DNA of 64,000 nt from Alphaproteobacteria bacterium (GTDB taxonomy: Bacteria > Pseudomonadota > Alphaproteobacteria > MPNO01 > VGEU01), in contig VGEU01000001.1 in NCBI GenBank assembly GCA_016869145.1, positions 49,234 through 113,233 on the forward strand. The letters run 5' to 3'. The notes under the pieces are model-generated. The model saw only the letters and a list, made by a program, of their open reading frames with translations, was not told the origin of the DNA and did no database searches. Position numbers and translations under genes: made by a program. Below are positions 47,061 to 55,852 of this stretch, in pieces. Position 1 is the stretch's first letter. Each line of letters opens with the position of its first letter.

Positions 47061-47279
47061 CGTCGCGCTCTCCCTTGGTCGATGCGAGCCGCGTCGGTAT
47101 GGCGGCGGCCCTGGCAGCCAGTCCAACTCATGTTCTCGAAGGCCGGACTATAACGTCTCATCGGCCTCGGGCAACGCCAAACGGCCGGCGATCGGCCGCG
47201 CCGAGCCGATCAAGTTGACTCGCTCAAGCGGCCCCTGCGATGGTGGCGACGCCGCCAACCGACAAGCTTGGAGTTCGCC

Positions 47280-48686
47280 ATGCCGCATACGCTCCGGTCG
47301 TTCCTCGACAACATCCATAACCGGATTCTCAACATCCACGATCCGGTGCGCCCGGAAACGCAGATCGGCATCCTGTGCTCGGAGAGCCGGAGCCCGCTGA
47401 TGTTCCACAATCTCGTCGGCTATCCCGGCTTCAAGCTGACCGACATCTTGATCAAGGACCGGCGCGGCCAGGCCGCCGCTCTTGGCCTCGACAACATCAA
47501 GGAGGTCTGCCCGTTCCTCGCCAAGCAGATGTCGGCCGGCCCCGGACGCTCCACCATCGTCAAAGACGGTCCGGTGAAGGAGGTCAAGCTGATCGGCAAG
47601 AACGCCGATATCCGTAAGCTTCCCATCCCGCAGCACAGCCACGGCGATGCCGGGCGCTATCTCGGCTCCGGCATCACGATCACCAAGGACCCCGAGACCG
47701 GCATCCGGAACGAGTCCATTCTCCGGATGCAGCTCACCGACGATCCGCACAAATGCCCGTTCTGGATGGCGGCACGACACAACTATAGCCACTATCTGAA
47801 ATACGTCGCGCGCGGGGAATCGATGCCGATGGCGTTCGCGATCGGCCTCCACCCGGTCTACGAGATCATTGCCAACTGGTCGGGTCGGCACGAGGACTTC
47901 GACGAGCTCGAATATGCGGCCGGCGTCCTCGGCGAGACGGTCGAGCTCGTGAAATGCGAGACCATCGACCTCGAGGTTCCGGCGCATGCCGAGATCGTCA
48001 TCGAAGGCCTCGTCCATCCGACCGAGCGCATGCCCGAGGGTCCGTTCGGCGAGTTCACCACCCTCGGCACCGGCGCCGAGGGACCGGCCCCGGTGTTCAC
48101 CGTGACCGCGATCACCCACCGCAAAGACCCGATCTTCCGCCACATGCAGGCGACGTGGTTCACCGACCACCAGCCGTTGATCACGCTTCCCATGGAGGCC
48201 GCCTATTACAACCGGCTGCGCGACACCCACGGCAACACCAAGGTCCTCGACGTGTTCGTGCCGCCCTGGGCGTCGCAGTTCATGATGGTGGTCCAGGTCG
48301 AGGCGAAATGGGACGGCCAGGTCACCGATATGCTCATGTCGGCGCTGTCGGGCCCCAACCTCCACGTCAAGGTCGCGATCGCCGTCGACGAGGACGTCGA
48401 TCTCTACAACGCCGAGGACGTCCTGTGGGCGATCGCCGCCCGCTGCAACCCGCAGACCGATGTCTGGGTGCATCCGAACTCGCGGCTCCACCCGCTCGAC
48501 GTCTCGATCCCGCAGATCGGCGACGAGTACACGGTGATGCGCGTCGGCGGCAAGCTCGCGATCGATGCGACCCGTCCGCCGACCTGGCGCAAGAAGGAGC
48601 GTGACAGTCTCGGCCGCGTCGATCCGATGGGCAAGCACGACCCGGCGATACAGAAGATCCTCGAGATGGTGCGCCTGCCGCGCTGA
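47280..48686 (+). CDS. UbiD-family (prFMN-dependent) decarboxylase, type B paralog
   Basis: Start at MPHTLRSF (RBS TTGGAG); 468 aa, with GRYLGSG, EGPFGEFTT and the UbiD fold. It is about 35% identical to the 55853-57295 gene. Confidence 0.85.
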   Translation: MPHTLRSFLDNIHNRILNIHDPVRPETQIGILCSESRSPLMFHNLVGYPGFKLTDILIKDRRGQAAALGLDNIKEVCPFLAKQMSAGPGRSTIVKDGPVKEVKLIGKNADIRKLPIPQHSHGDAGRYLGSGITITKDPETGIRNESILRMQLTDDPHKCPFWMAARHNYSHYLKYVARGESMPMAFAIGLHPVYEIIANWSGRHEDFDELEYAAGVLGETVELVKCETIDLEVPAHAEIVIEGLVHPTERMPEGPFGEFTTLGTGAEGPAPVFTVTAITHRKDPIFRHMQATWFTDHQPLITLPMEAAYYNRLRDTHGNTKVLDVFVPPWASQFMMVVQVEAKWDGQVTDMLMSALSGPNLHVKVAIAVDEDVDLYNAEDVLWAIAARCNPQTDVWVHPNSRLHPLDVSIPQIGDEYTVMRVGGKLAIDATRPPTWRKKERDSLGRVDPMGKHDPAIQKILEMVRLPR

Positions 48687-48739
48687 CGGCCTTCCGCCAG
48701 CACAGGCACCGGCACCGGCACCAGCAGCATCGTGCCCGC

Positions 48740-49957
48740 ATGACCTCGGCCGTCGCCCACGCCGACCATCGGGTCGAGAACAAGACGATCGGGTTCATCT
48801 CGATCGGGCATGCGATCAGCCATTTCTACATGCTGGTGCTGCCGCCGCTGTTCCCGGTCCTCAAGACCGAGTTCGACGTGAGCTGGGCGTGGCTCGGCGG
48901 CATCCTCACGCTCTCGGGCGTCGCGATGGGCGTGGCCCAGGTTCCGCTCGGGTTCCTGGTCGACAAGATCGGCGCGCGGCCGGTGCTGTTCTGGGGCTTC
49001 GGCATCATGGCCGGCGCGACGATGCTGTCGGGCTTCGCCGACACTTTCGTGCTCCTCCTCGTCCTCACCGTGATCGCCGGGCTCGGCAACTCGGTGTTCC
49101 ATCCGGCGGACTACGCGATCCTGTCGGCACGGATCCGTGGGCCCCGTCTCGGCCGCGCGTTCTCGGTTCATCTGTTCGCGTCCTATATCGGCTGGATGAT
49201 CGCGCCGGCGGTCATGATCGCCCTCAACGAGATCGTCGGCTGGCGCAACGCGCTGATCGTGACCGGCGCCGCCGGTCTCGTCTTCCTCGCCGTCATGATC
49301 TGGCAGCGCGACTGCGTCGACGACCGCAAGAACGTCGTCGCGCGCGGCAAGGACGCACCGGCGCCGATGACGCCGTTCGAGATGGTGCGCAACCCGCCCA
49401 TCCTTCTGTTCTTCCTGTTCTTCCTTCTGCTCGCACTCGGCGGCACCGGGCTCCACAGCTTCATCGTCACCTCGCTGGTCGAGCTCTACGGCGCCGATCT
49501 CCGCGTCGCCAACATCGCGCTCGCCGGTTTCTTCGCGGCCGGCGGCATCGGCATCCTCATCGGCGGCTACATCGCCGACAAGACCGACCGCCACGAGGAC
49601 GCGACCGCGATCGCCTATGTGATCGGCGCGGTCCTGATCGCCGCCGTCGCGTTTCCCGTGGTCGGCATCTGGGGTGCGGTCGCCCTCCTCTTCCTCGGCG
49701 GCCTCTTCAACGCCTGCGTCAGCCCCTCGCGCGACATCATGGTGCGGAACATCTCGCCACCGGGCCAGGTCGGGGCCGTGTTCGGGCTCGTCACCACCGG
49801 CTTCTCGGTCGGTGGCGCGATCGCCCCGGCGCTGTTCGGGTGGTTCAACGACATCGGCCATCCGCAATGGGTGTTCTGGTTCTCGGCGTTGACCTCGCTG
49901 CTCTCCATCCTCGCCGTCTATGCCGCCCAGATCGCGCACCGGCGCTCGCTCCGCTGA
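48740..49957 (+). CDS. MFS transporter
   Basis: 405 aa with 12 predicted TM helices and MFS motifs (GFLVDKIGARP). Confidence 0.85.
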   Translation: MTSAVAHADHRVENKTIGFISIGHAISHFYMLVLPPLFPVLKTEFDVSWAWLGGILTLSGVAMGVAQVPLGFLVDKIGARPVLFWGFGIMAGATMLSGFADTFVLLLVLTVIAGLGNSVFHPADYAILSARIRGPRLGRAFSVHLFASYIGWMIAPAVMIALNEIVGWRNALIVTGAAGLVFLAVMIWQRDCVDDRKNVVARGKDAPAPMTPFEMVRNPPILLFFLFFLLLALGGTGLHSFIVTSLVELYGADLRVANIALAGFFAAGGIGILIGGYIADKTDRHEDATAIAYVIGAVLIAAVAFPVVGIWGAVALLFLGGLFNACVSPSRDIMVRNISPPGQVGAVFGLVTTGFSVGGAIAPALFGWFNDIGHPQWVFWFSALTSLLSILAVYAAQIAHRRSLR

Positions 49958-50010
49958 TCGCGCCACCACTTGGCCGCTGACAAGCCCGGCCGAATCCCGC
50001 ACACTTCCGC

Positions 50011-50052
50011 GTCGTCCTGTGCCCGTCGTCCTGTGCCCGTCGTCCTGTGCCC
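50011..50052. repeat. Perfect tandem repeat 3 x 14 bp (GTCGTCCTGTGCCC) immediately upstream of the RBS of the TctC-like gene
   Basis: gtcgtcctgtgccc gtcgtcctgtgccc gtcgtcctgtgccc gtcatcc, read directly. The RBS GAGGAG is at about 50063. Confidence 0.85.
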
Positions 50053-50075
50053 GTCATCCGGTCGAGGAGTCCGTC

Positions 50076-51113
50076 ATGCGCCGCGCCTCTGCGTCGTTCA
50101 TCGCCGTCACCGCCTTGCTGAGCGGCGCCCTCGCGGCCGCCCCGCGTGCAGAGGCCGACGAGATCGCCGACTTCTTCAAGGGCAAGATCATCCGGATCAT
50201 CGTCGGCTTCGGCGAAGGCGGCGGCTACGATCTCTACGCCCGCTTCGCCTCCGAGCACATGGGCCGGTTCATCCCCGGCAACCCGACCATCGTCACCCAG
50301 AACATGCCGGGTGCAGGCAGCAAGCGCGCGGCGAAATTCGTCTACTCGGTCGCGCCCAAGGACGGCACCGTGTGGGGCATGGTGGCGCAATCGGTGCCGC
50401 ACGAGGCCGCGCTCGGCGACGCCGAGTTCGACTACGACGTCAACAAGTTCCAGTGGCTCGGCCGCATCACCTCGAACGTCGACGTCGGTGTCACTTGGCA
50501 CACCACCAATGTCCGGACCATCGCCGACGCCCAGGCGCGCCAGGTCGTCGTCGGCGGCACCGGCGCCGCCTCACCCTCGGTCCAGGTGCCCAAGGCGCTC
50601 AACCACATCCTCGGCACCCAGTTCAAGATCGTCACCGGCTACAAGGGCTCGGCCGATATCTCGCTCGCCATGGAGCGCGGCGAGGTCGACATGGTGGCCT
50701 CCATCGGCTGGCCGTCGATCAAGTCGACGCGGCCGCAATGGGTGCGTGACAAGCAGGTGAACTTCATCTATCAGACCGCGGTCGAGAAGCACCCCGAGCT
50801 TCCCAACATTCCGGCGCTCGGCGAGCTCGGCCGCAATGCCGACGAGACCGCGGTGCTCCACTTCATTGCCTCCTCTGCCGATATCGGCCGCGCGCTGTTC
50901 GCGCCCCCCGACACGCATCCGGGCCGGCTCGCGGCGCTGCGCAAGGCCTTCGACGCGATGGTCGCCGATCCCGTCGTCAAGGCCGACGCCGAGCGGCGGA
51001 ATGTCGACTTCGACACCGCGACCTGGCAGAAGCTGCAACAGCTCACCACCCAGATCGTAACGACGAAGCCCGAGGTGCTGGCCAAGGTGAAGGTCGCGCT
51101 TGACCAGAAATAG
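50076..51113 (+). CDS. Periplasmic solute-binding protein, divergent TctC/Bug-like family (paralog 3 of 3)
   Basis: Start at MRRASASFIAVTALLSGALAAAPRAEA (signal peptide). FFKGKIIRIIVGF, IPGNPTIVTQNMPGAGS and KIVTGYKGSADISLAMERGEVDM are shared with paralogs 1 and 2. Confidence 0.85.
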   Translation: MRRASASFIAVTALLSGALAAAPRAEADEIADFFKGKIIRIIVGFGEGGGYDLYARFASEHMGRFIPGNPTIVTQNMPGAGSKRAAKFVYSVAPKDGTVWGMVAQSVPHEAALGDAEFDYDVNKFQWLGRITSNVDVGVTWHTTNVRTIADAQARQVVVGGTGAASPSVQVPKALNHILGTQFKIVTGYKGSADISLAMERGEVDMVASIGWPSIKSTRPQWVRDKQVNFIYQTAVEKHPELPNIPALGELGRNADETAVLHFIASSADIGRALFAPPDTHPGRLAALRKAFDAMVADPVVKADAERRNVDFDTATWQKLQQLTTQIVTTKPEVLAKVKVALDQK

Positions 51114-51159
51114 GCCTGTCCGACACCGGCCGCGACAACCGCAGAAAGGAGCCCGGACC

Positions 51160-52053
51160 ATGTCCGCGACATTGTCCGACCGACCGAACGACGCCGATCT
51201 GAAGTCCCTCATGCCGCCACGCGCCGCACTGCACGCCCAGATCGATGCGTGGCTCAGGGAGGACATCGGCCGGCTCGACATCACGACCGAGTACATGATC
51301 CCGCGCGATGCGCGGGCCGAGTTCGTGATGAACACCCGCCACGACATCGTCGTCTGCGGCATCGACATCGCGGCGGAGGTGTTCCGCTTTCACGTGCCGG
51401 AGGCCGCGATCCAGATCCTGATGACGGATGGCACACGCGCGACCAAGGGCCAGGCGCTCTTGAAGGTGAGCGGGCCGGCACGCGGGCTTCTCACCGCCGA
51501 GCGGACCGCGCTCAACGTCCTCCAGTTCCTGACCGGGATCGCGACCCTGACGGCGCGCTATGCCGATCTCGTCAAGGGCACGCCGGCGACCCTCATCGAC
51601 ACCCGGAAGACGCTCCCCGGCTATCGCGCGCTCTCCAAATACGCGACCGTCGTCGGCGGCGCGCGGAACCATCGCATCCGCCTCGACGACGGCATCATCA
51701 TCAAGGACAACCACATCGCGGTGTGCGGCTCGATCACCGCCGCCGTCGCCCGCGCCCGCGCGCTGACGCCCTCGCTCACCAAGATCGAAGTCGAGTGCGA
51801 CACGCTCGCGCAGGTCGCCGAGGCCGCCGCCGCCAAGGCCGACGTCATCATGCTCGACAACATGGACGCCGCCATGATGCGCGAGGCGGTGAAGATCGTC
51901 GCCGGCCGCGCCGAGCTCGAGGCCTCGGGCGGCATCACGCTCGAGACCATCCGCGACAAGGCGATGACGGGCGTCGACTACATCTCGGTCGGACGCATGA
52001 CCCAGTCGGCGCCGGCCGCCGACATCGGGCTCGATGTGCATCTGATGGTGTGA
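51160..52053 (+). CDS. nadC: Nicotinate-nucleotide pyrophosphorylase [carboxylating] (quinolinate phosphoribosyltransferase)-family protein
   Basis: Start at MSATLSDRP (RBS AAAGGAG); 297 aa. The NadC signature LREDIGRLDITTEYMI is present, plus the KDNH catalytic region (IIIKDNHIAVCG) and GGITLETI. It is not flanked by nadA or nadB. Confidence 0.85.
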   Translation: MSATLSDRPNDADLKSLMPPRAALHAQIDAWLREDIGRLDITTEYMIPRDARAEFVMNTRHDIVVCGIDIAAEVFRFHVPEAAIQILMTDGTRATKGQALLKVSGPARGLLTAERTALNVLQFLTGIATLTARYADLVKGTPATLIDTRKTLPGYRALSKYATVVGGARNHRIRLDDGIIIKDNHIAVCGSITAAVARARALTPSLTKIEVECDTLAQVAEAAAAKADVIMLDNMDAAMMREAVKIVAGRAELEASGGITLETIRDKAMTGVDYISVGRMTQSAPAADIGLDVHLMV

Positions 52054-52058
52054 GCCCC

Positions 52059-52625
52059 ATGGCGTCATCGCGTCTGCCGCGCCGGCGCGCGCTCTGCCTG
52101 TTCTGCGGCGCCTCGGAGAAGTTCCCGCCGAGCTTCCGTGCCGCCGCCGAGGCGCTCGGCGCTGGCTCTGTCCGGAACGGCTGGCGGCTCGTCTATGGCG
52201 GCAGCCGGTCCGGGCTGATGGGCGCCGCGGCGCGCGCGGCGATGGCGGCGGGCGGCGAGGTGATCGGCGTCCGCCCGCGCGGCCTCATCGCGGCGGAAAT
52301 GCCGGCCGCCGAGATCACCGAGCAGATCCACGTCGACACATTCCATGAGCGCAAGGCCGTGATGGCGGCGCTCGCCGACCACTTCGTCGCGCTGCCGGGC
52401 GGGCTCGGCACGCTCGATGAGGTGAGCGAGATGATGAACCTCGCCGTCACCGGCATCCAGGCCCAGCGAACCTGGTTCCTCGATATCGATTCCTATTGGC
52501 GCCCGCTGATGGCGCTGTTCGCCCACTTCGATTCCTACGGCGCGTCGCGGCCGGGCTTCGAGGCCACCTATGCCGCCGTCGAGAGCGTCGATGCGCTGTT
52601 CGCCGCGCTCGACCCGAAACGCTGA
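52059..52625 (+). CDS. LOG-family nucleotide 5'-monophosphate phosphoribohydrolase (TIGR00730 Rossmann-fold protein)
   Basis: Start at MASSRLPRRRALCLFCGAS, 5 nt after the nadC stop. VYGGSRSGLMGAAA...PGGLGTLDE matches LOG-family motifs (GGGxxGLMG; PGGxGTxEE). Confidence 0.8.
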   Translation: MASSRLPRRRALCLFCGASEKFPPSFRAAAEALGAGSVRNGWRLVYGGSRSGLMGAAARAAMAAGGEVIGVRPRGLIAAEMPAAEITEQIHVDTFHERKAVMAALADHFVALPGGLGTLDEVSEMMNLAVTGIQAQRTWFLDIDSYWRPLMALFAHFDSYGASRPGFEATYAAVESVDALFAALDPKR

Positions 52626-52643
52626 CCGAGGGAACGAGACGCC

Positions 52644-53621
52644 ATGGTCCGACGTCGGTTGTTGCTCGCCGTGCTCGCGCTCGCAGGCGGTCTTGCCGTC
52701 GCCGGCGCGGCGAACGCCCAGGCCTATCCGACCAAGCCGGTCCGCATCCTCAACGGCTTCGCCGCCGGCGGCGCGCAGGACCTCCTCGGGCGGATCATCG
52801 CCGATCATCTGTCGAAGGCGCTCGGCCAGCCCTTCATCGTCGAGGCCAAGCCCGGCGCCGGCGGGATCGTCGCCGGCCAGATCCTGATCGCCTCGCCCGC
52901 GGACGGCCACACGCTCTATGTCGTGAGCCCCGGCATCATCGCGACCGCCCGGGCGATGAACGACAACATGACCTATGACCCGGCGACCGCCTTCGCGCCG
53001 GTCACCGTCCTCGCCGAAGCGCCGATGATCATCCAGATCGCCGCCGACATTGCGATGACGACCGTCAAGGACTTCATCGCCTATGGCAAGGCCAACCCGA
53101 CCAGGCTCAATCACGGTTCGCCCGGCGTCGGCACGGTGCCGCATCTCGCCGCCGAGCTGTTCCGCGCGCGCCTGGGGTTCGAGAGCGTCCATATTCCGTT
53201 CCGCGGCCAGGGGCCCTTCACCCAGGCCATCCTCCAGCGCGAGGTGCAATGGGGGTTCGGCGCGCCGATCTCGGCCCTCGCCGCGCTCCGCGGCAATAAT
53301 GGGCGGCTGATCGCCGTCACCAGCCGGACCCGCTGGTCGGCCGCGCCCGACGTGCCGACGCTCGCCGAGCTCGGCTTCGAGGACAGCGTGTGGTCGGTGT
53401 GGAACGGCCTTGTCGCGCCGGCCGGAACCCCGACCGCGATCATCGACCGCCTCGCCGGCGAGATCGCCCTCGCGATGAAGGACCCGGCCACCATCACGCG
53501 CATCCAGAACTCGGGCTACGAGCCGTGGACGCTGAGCCCGGCCGAGACGGCGCGGTTCTTCGAGGCCGAGCGGGCGCGCTGGTCGGCGGTCGCGAAGGCC
53601 AACAATATCAAGGCGGAATAG
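52644..53621 (+). CDS. Tripartite tricarboxylate transporter substrate-binding protein (canonical TctC/Bug family)
   Basis: 325 aa with a signal peptide; AYPTKPVRILNGFAAGGAQDLLGRIIADHLSKALGQPFIVEAKPGAGG is the typical Bug/TctC signature. Confidence 0.9.
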   Translation: MVRRRLLLAVLALAGGLAVAGAANAQAYPTKPVRILNGFAAGGAQDLLGRIIADHLSKALGQPFIVEAKPGAGGIVAGQILIASPADGHTLYVVSPGIIATARAMNDNMTYDPATAFAPVTVLAEAPMIIQIAADIAMTTVKDFIAYGKANPTRLNHGSPGVGTVPHLAAELFRARLGFESVHIPFRGQGPFTQAILQREVQWGFGAPISALAALRGNNGRLIAVTSRTRWSAAPDVPTLAELGFEDSVWSVWNGLVAPAGTPTAIIDRLAGEIALAMKDPATITRIQNSGYEPWTLSPAETARFFEAERARWSAVAKANNIKAE

Positions 53622-53692
53622 ACTATCATTTGACACCGACCGCCGACTGACGCATGTGAGGCGGGCACGGATCGACACTTTGGGAGAGAGCG

Positions 53693-55204
53693 ATGGCGAA
53701 GTCCCTGCGGGACATAGTCCCCGGCGGCAAGTCTGCGAGCAACCTTCAAGCTGTCCTGCCGTACAAGGACTTGCGGCAATGGCTTGAGGAAGCGAAGAAG
53801 CTCGGCGAGGTCGTCATCGCCAAGGGCCTCGGTGTCGAGGAGGAGATCGGCGCCGCCGCCGAGATGGTGATGCAGCGCGACGATGCGCCTTGCGTCGTGT
53901 TCGACGAGATCCCGGGCTACCCCAAGGGCCATCGCGTGCTCGTCAATTTCTTCGGCGGCAAGCGCAAGAACATGACGCTCGGCTTCCCAACCGAGCTTTC
54001 GAAGATCGACCTCTCGGAGGCCTACTACTCCAGCCAGATCAAGGAATTGCCGTCGATCCCTCACGTTATCGTCGAGAGCGGTCCGGTGACCGAGAACATC
54101 AAGGAGGGCGATGCGATCGACGTCACGGCCTTCCCGGCGCCGATGTGGCATCCGGCCGATGGCGGCCGCTATCTTGGCACCGGTTCATATGACGTCACCA
54201 TCGATCCCGATTCGCGGTGGATGAACCTCGGCACCTACCGCGTCATGGTGATGGATAAGAAGACGGTCGGCTTCTACATCTCGCCGGGCAAGCACGGCCG
54301 GGTCCATCGAGACAAGTGGATGGCGCGCGGCGAGCCGATGCCGGCGGTGATCGTCTGCGGCGGTGACCCGATGACCTTCCTCGCCGCCTGCACCGAGATG
54401 CCGCAGGGTCAGTGCGAGTACGACATCGTCGGCGGCATGCGCGGCGAGGCGCTCAAGTGCATCAAGGGCAAATACACCGGCATTCCCTTCCCGGCCGACG
54501 CCGAGATCGTGATCGAGGGCTTCGTCGACCCCAGGGAGCGCCGCCCCGAAGGGCCGTTCGGCGAGTGGACCGGCTATTACGGCTCCGACATGCGCGACGA
54601 GCCGGTGATGCATGTGAAGGCGGTCTATCACCGCAACAACCCGATCATCCTCGGCTGCCCGCCGCAGCGCCCGCCCGACGAGATGTGCCGCTATCGCGCC
54701 ATCACGCGCTCGGCGATGCTCCGCTCCAATGTCGAGAAGGCGGGTGTGCCCGATGTCGCCGCCGCCTGGGCGCATGAGGTCGGCAACGCGCGGATGCTCC
54801 TCGGCATCGCGATCAGGCAGCGTTATCCCGGCCACGCCAAGCAGGCCGGCCATGTCGCCGCGATGTGTCATGTCGGCGCCTATGCCGGCAAATATGTCGT
54901 GGTGACCGACGAGGACATCGACGTGTCGAACCTCGAGGAGCTCACCTGGGCGATGCTCACCCGCTCCGATCCCGCGACCTCGATCGACATCATCCATGGC
55001 GCCTGGTCGACGCCGCTCGATCCGCGCATTCCGCCCGACGAAAAGAAGAAGGGTAACATGACCAACAGCCGGGCGATCATCGACGCCTGCCGGCCCTTCC
55101 ATTGGCGGAACGAGTTCCCCAAGGTCAACGCCCCCTCGCCCGAGGAGGCGCGCCGGGCGCGCGAGCGCTTCGGCTATCTCCTCGAGGGCAAGGACAAGCC
55201 CTAG
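53693..55204 (+). CDS. UbiD-family (prFMN-dependent) decarboxylase, type A paralog 1
   Basis: 503 aa, with GGRYLGTGSY, EGPFGEWTGYYG and the C-terminal HAKQAGH...TDEDIDV. It is about 70% identical to the 57376-58884 gene, with long stretches identical at the DNA level in inverted orientation. Confidence 0.9.
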   Translation: MAKSLRDIVPGGKSASNLQAVLPYKDLRQWLEEAKKLGEVVIAKGLGVEEEIGAAAEMVMQRDDAPCVVFDEIPGYPKGHRVLVNFFGGKRKNMTLGFPTELSKIDLSEAYYSSQIKELPSIPHVIVESGPVTENIKEGDAIDVTAFPAPMWHPADGGRYLGTGSYDVTIDPDSRWMNLGTYRVMVMDKKTVGFYISPGKHGRVHRDKWMARGEPMPAVIVCGGDPMTFLAACTEMPQGQCEYDIVGGMRGEALKCIKGKYTGIPFPADAEIVIEGFVDPRERRPEGPFGEWTGYYGSDMRDEPVMHVKAVYHRNNPIILGCPPQRPPDEMCRYRAITRSAMLRSNVEKAGVPDVAAAWAHEVGNARMLLGIAIRQRYPGHAKQAGHVAAMCHVGAYAGKYVVVTDEDIDVSNLEELTWAMLTRSDPATSIDIIHGAWSTPLDPRIPPDEKKKGNMTNSRAIIDACRPFHWRNEFPKVNAPSPEEARRARERFGYLLEGKDKP

Positions 55205-55228
55205 GCCATCGACCGGACGGCCCAAGGC

Positions 55229-55254
55229 AAAGGGCGGCCCGCGGGCCGCCCTTT
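55229..55254. terminator. Bidirectional GC hairpin (AAAGGGCGGCCC-gc-GGGCCGCCCTTT) between the convergent UbiD and rhodanese genes
   Basis: Perfect 12-bp inverted repeat with flanking T-rich sequence (tttgtcgtt). Confidence 0.65.
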
Positions 55255-55278
55255 GTCGTTCCGGTTCGCGGCCGCGAC

Positions 55279-55653
55279 CTATTTGTCGACCGCGCCGCCG
55301 CCCTCGGCCCAGTCCTTGAACGCGCCGAGATTGAAGACCCGGCCATAGCCCATCTCCTTGAGGACATGGCCGGCGAGCGCCGAGCGCCCGCCGGAGGCGC
55401 AATAGACGAGGACCGTCTTGGCCCGGTCGAAATTCTTGTCGTGATAGGGCGAATCCGGATCGGCGCGGAACTCGAGCATGCCGCGCGAAACATGGACCGC
55501 GCCGGCCACCTTGCCGGTGTTGGCGACCTCGGCCGCATCGCGGACGTCGACGACGAGCGTCCCGCCTTTGGCGATCATCGCCTGCGCGTCCGCCGGCGTG
55601 ACCCGCGGCACCGCGGCATTGGCCGCCTCCATCATCGACTCCACCGTCTTCAT
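55279..55653 (-). CDS. Single-domain rhodanese-like sulfurtransferase
   Basis: Start at MKTVESMMEAANA (RBS GGAGGGA); 124 aa, with the active-site loop CASGGRS (CxxGxR). Confidence 0.8.
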   Translation of the reverse strand: MKTVESMMEAANAAVPRVTPADAQAMIAKGGTLVVDVRDAAEVANTGKVAGAVHVSRGMLEFRADPDSPYHDKNFDRAKTVLVYCASGGRSALAGHVLKEMGYGRVFNLGAFKDWAEGGGAVDK

Positions 55654-55852
55654 CGTGTCCCTCCGGTCTGGTTGATCATCAACGGGAGAATATGGTGCGC
55701 CGGCGCGGCTGCGAATAGCCCGAGCGGCCGCGAACGTGATCTGGTGCACGGTCTCCCGGTCAGAACACGGCGTCCCGGTTCGCGATGCGACCCGATGAAC
55801 GCCCGGAGACGGCGTCGATGCATGTCGGGTCGCCGCATCGTGCGAGCGCCGT

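Noticed and set aside
50011-50052. Possible CRISPR repeats or a mobile-element end
   Set aside because: Three contiguous 14-bp units with no spacers. No transposase or integrase is nearby. I interpret it as a leader tandem repeat.
51160-52053. Calling this simply the housekeeping nadC
   Set aside because: Not fully rejected. The gene context (no nadA/nadB, coupled LOG-family gene, catabolic island) led me to flag a possible catabolic role instead. The housekeeping role remains possible.
52065-53678. 537-aa minus-strand ORF
   Set aside because: Antisense to the LOG-family and canonical TctC genes.
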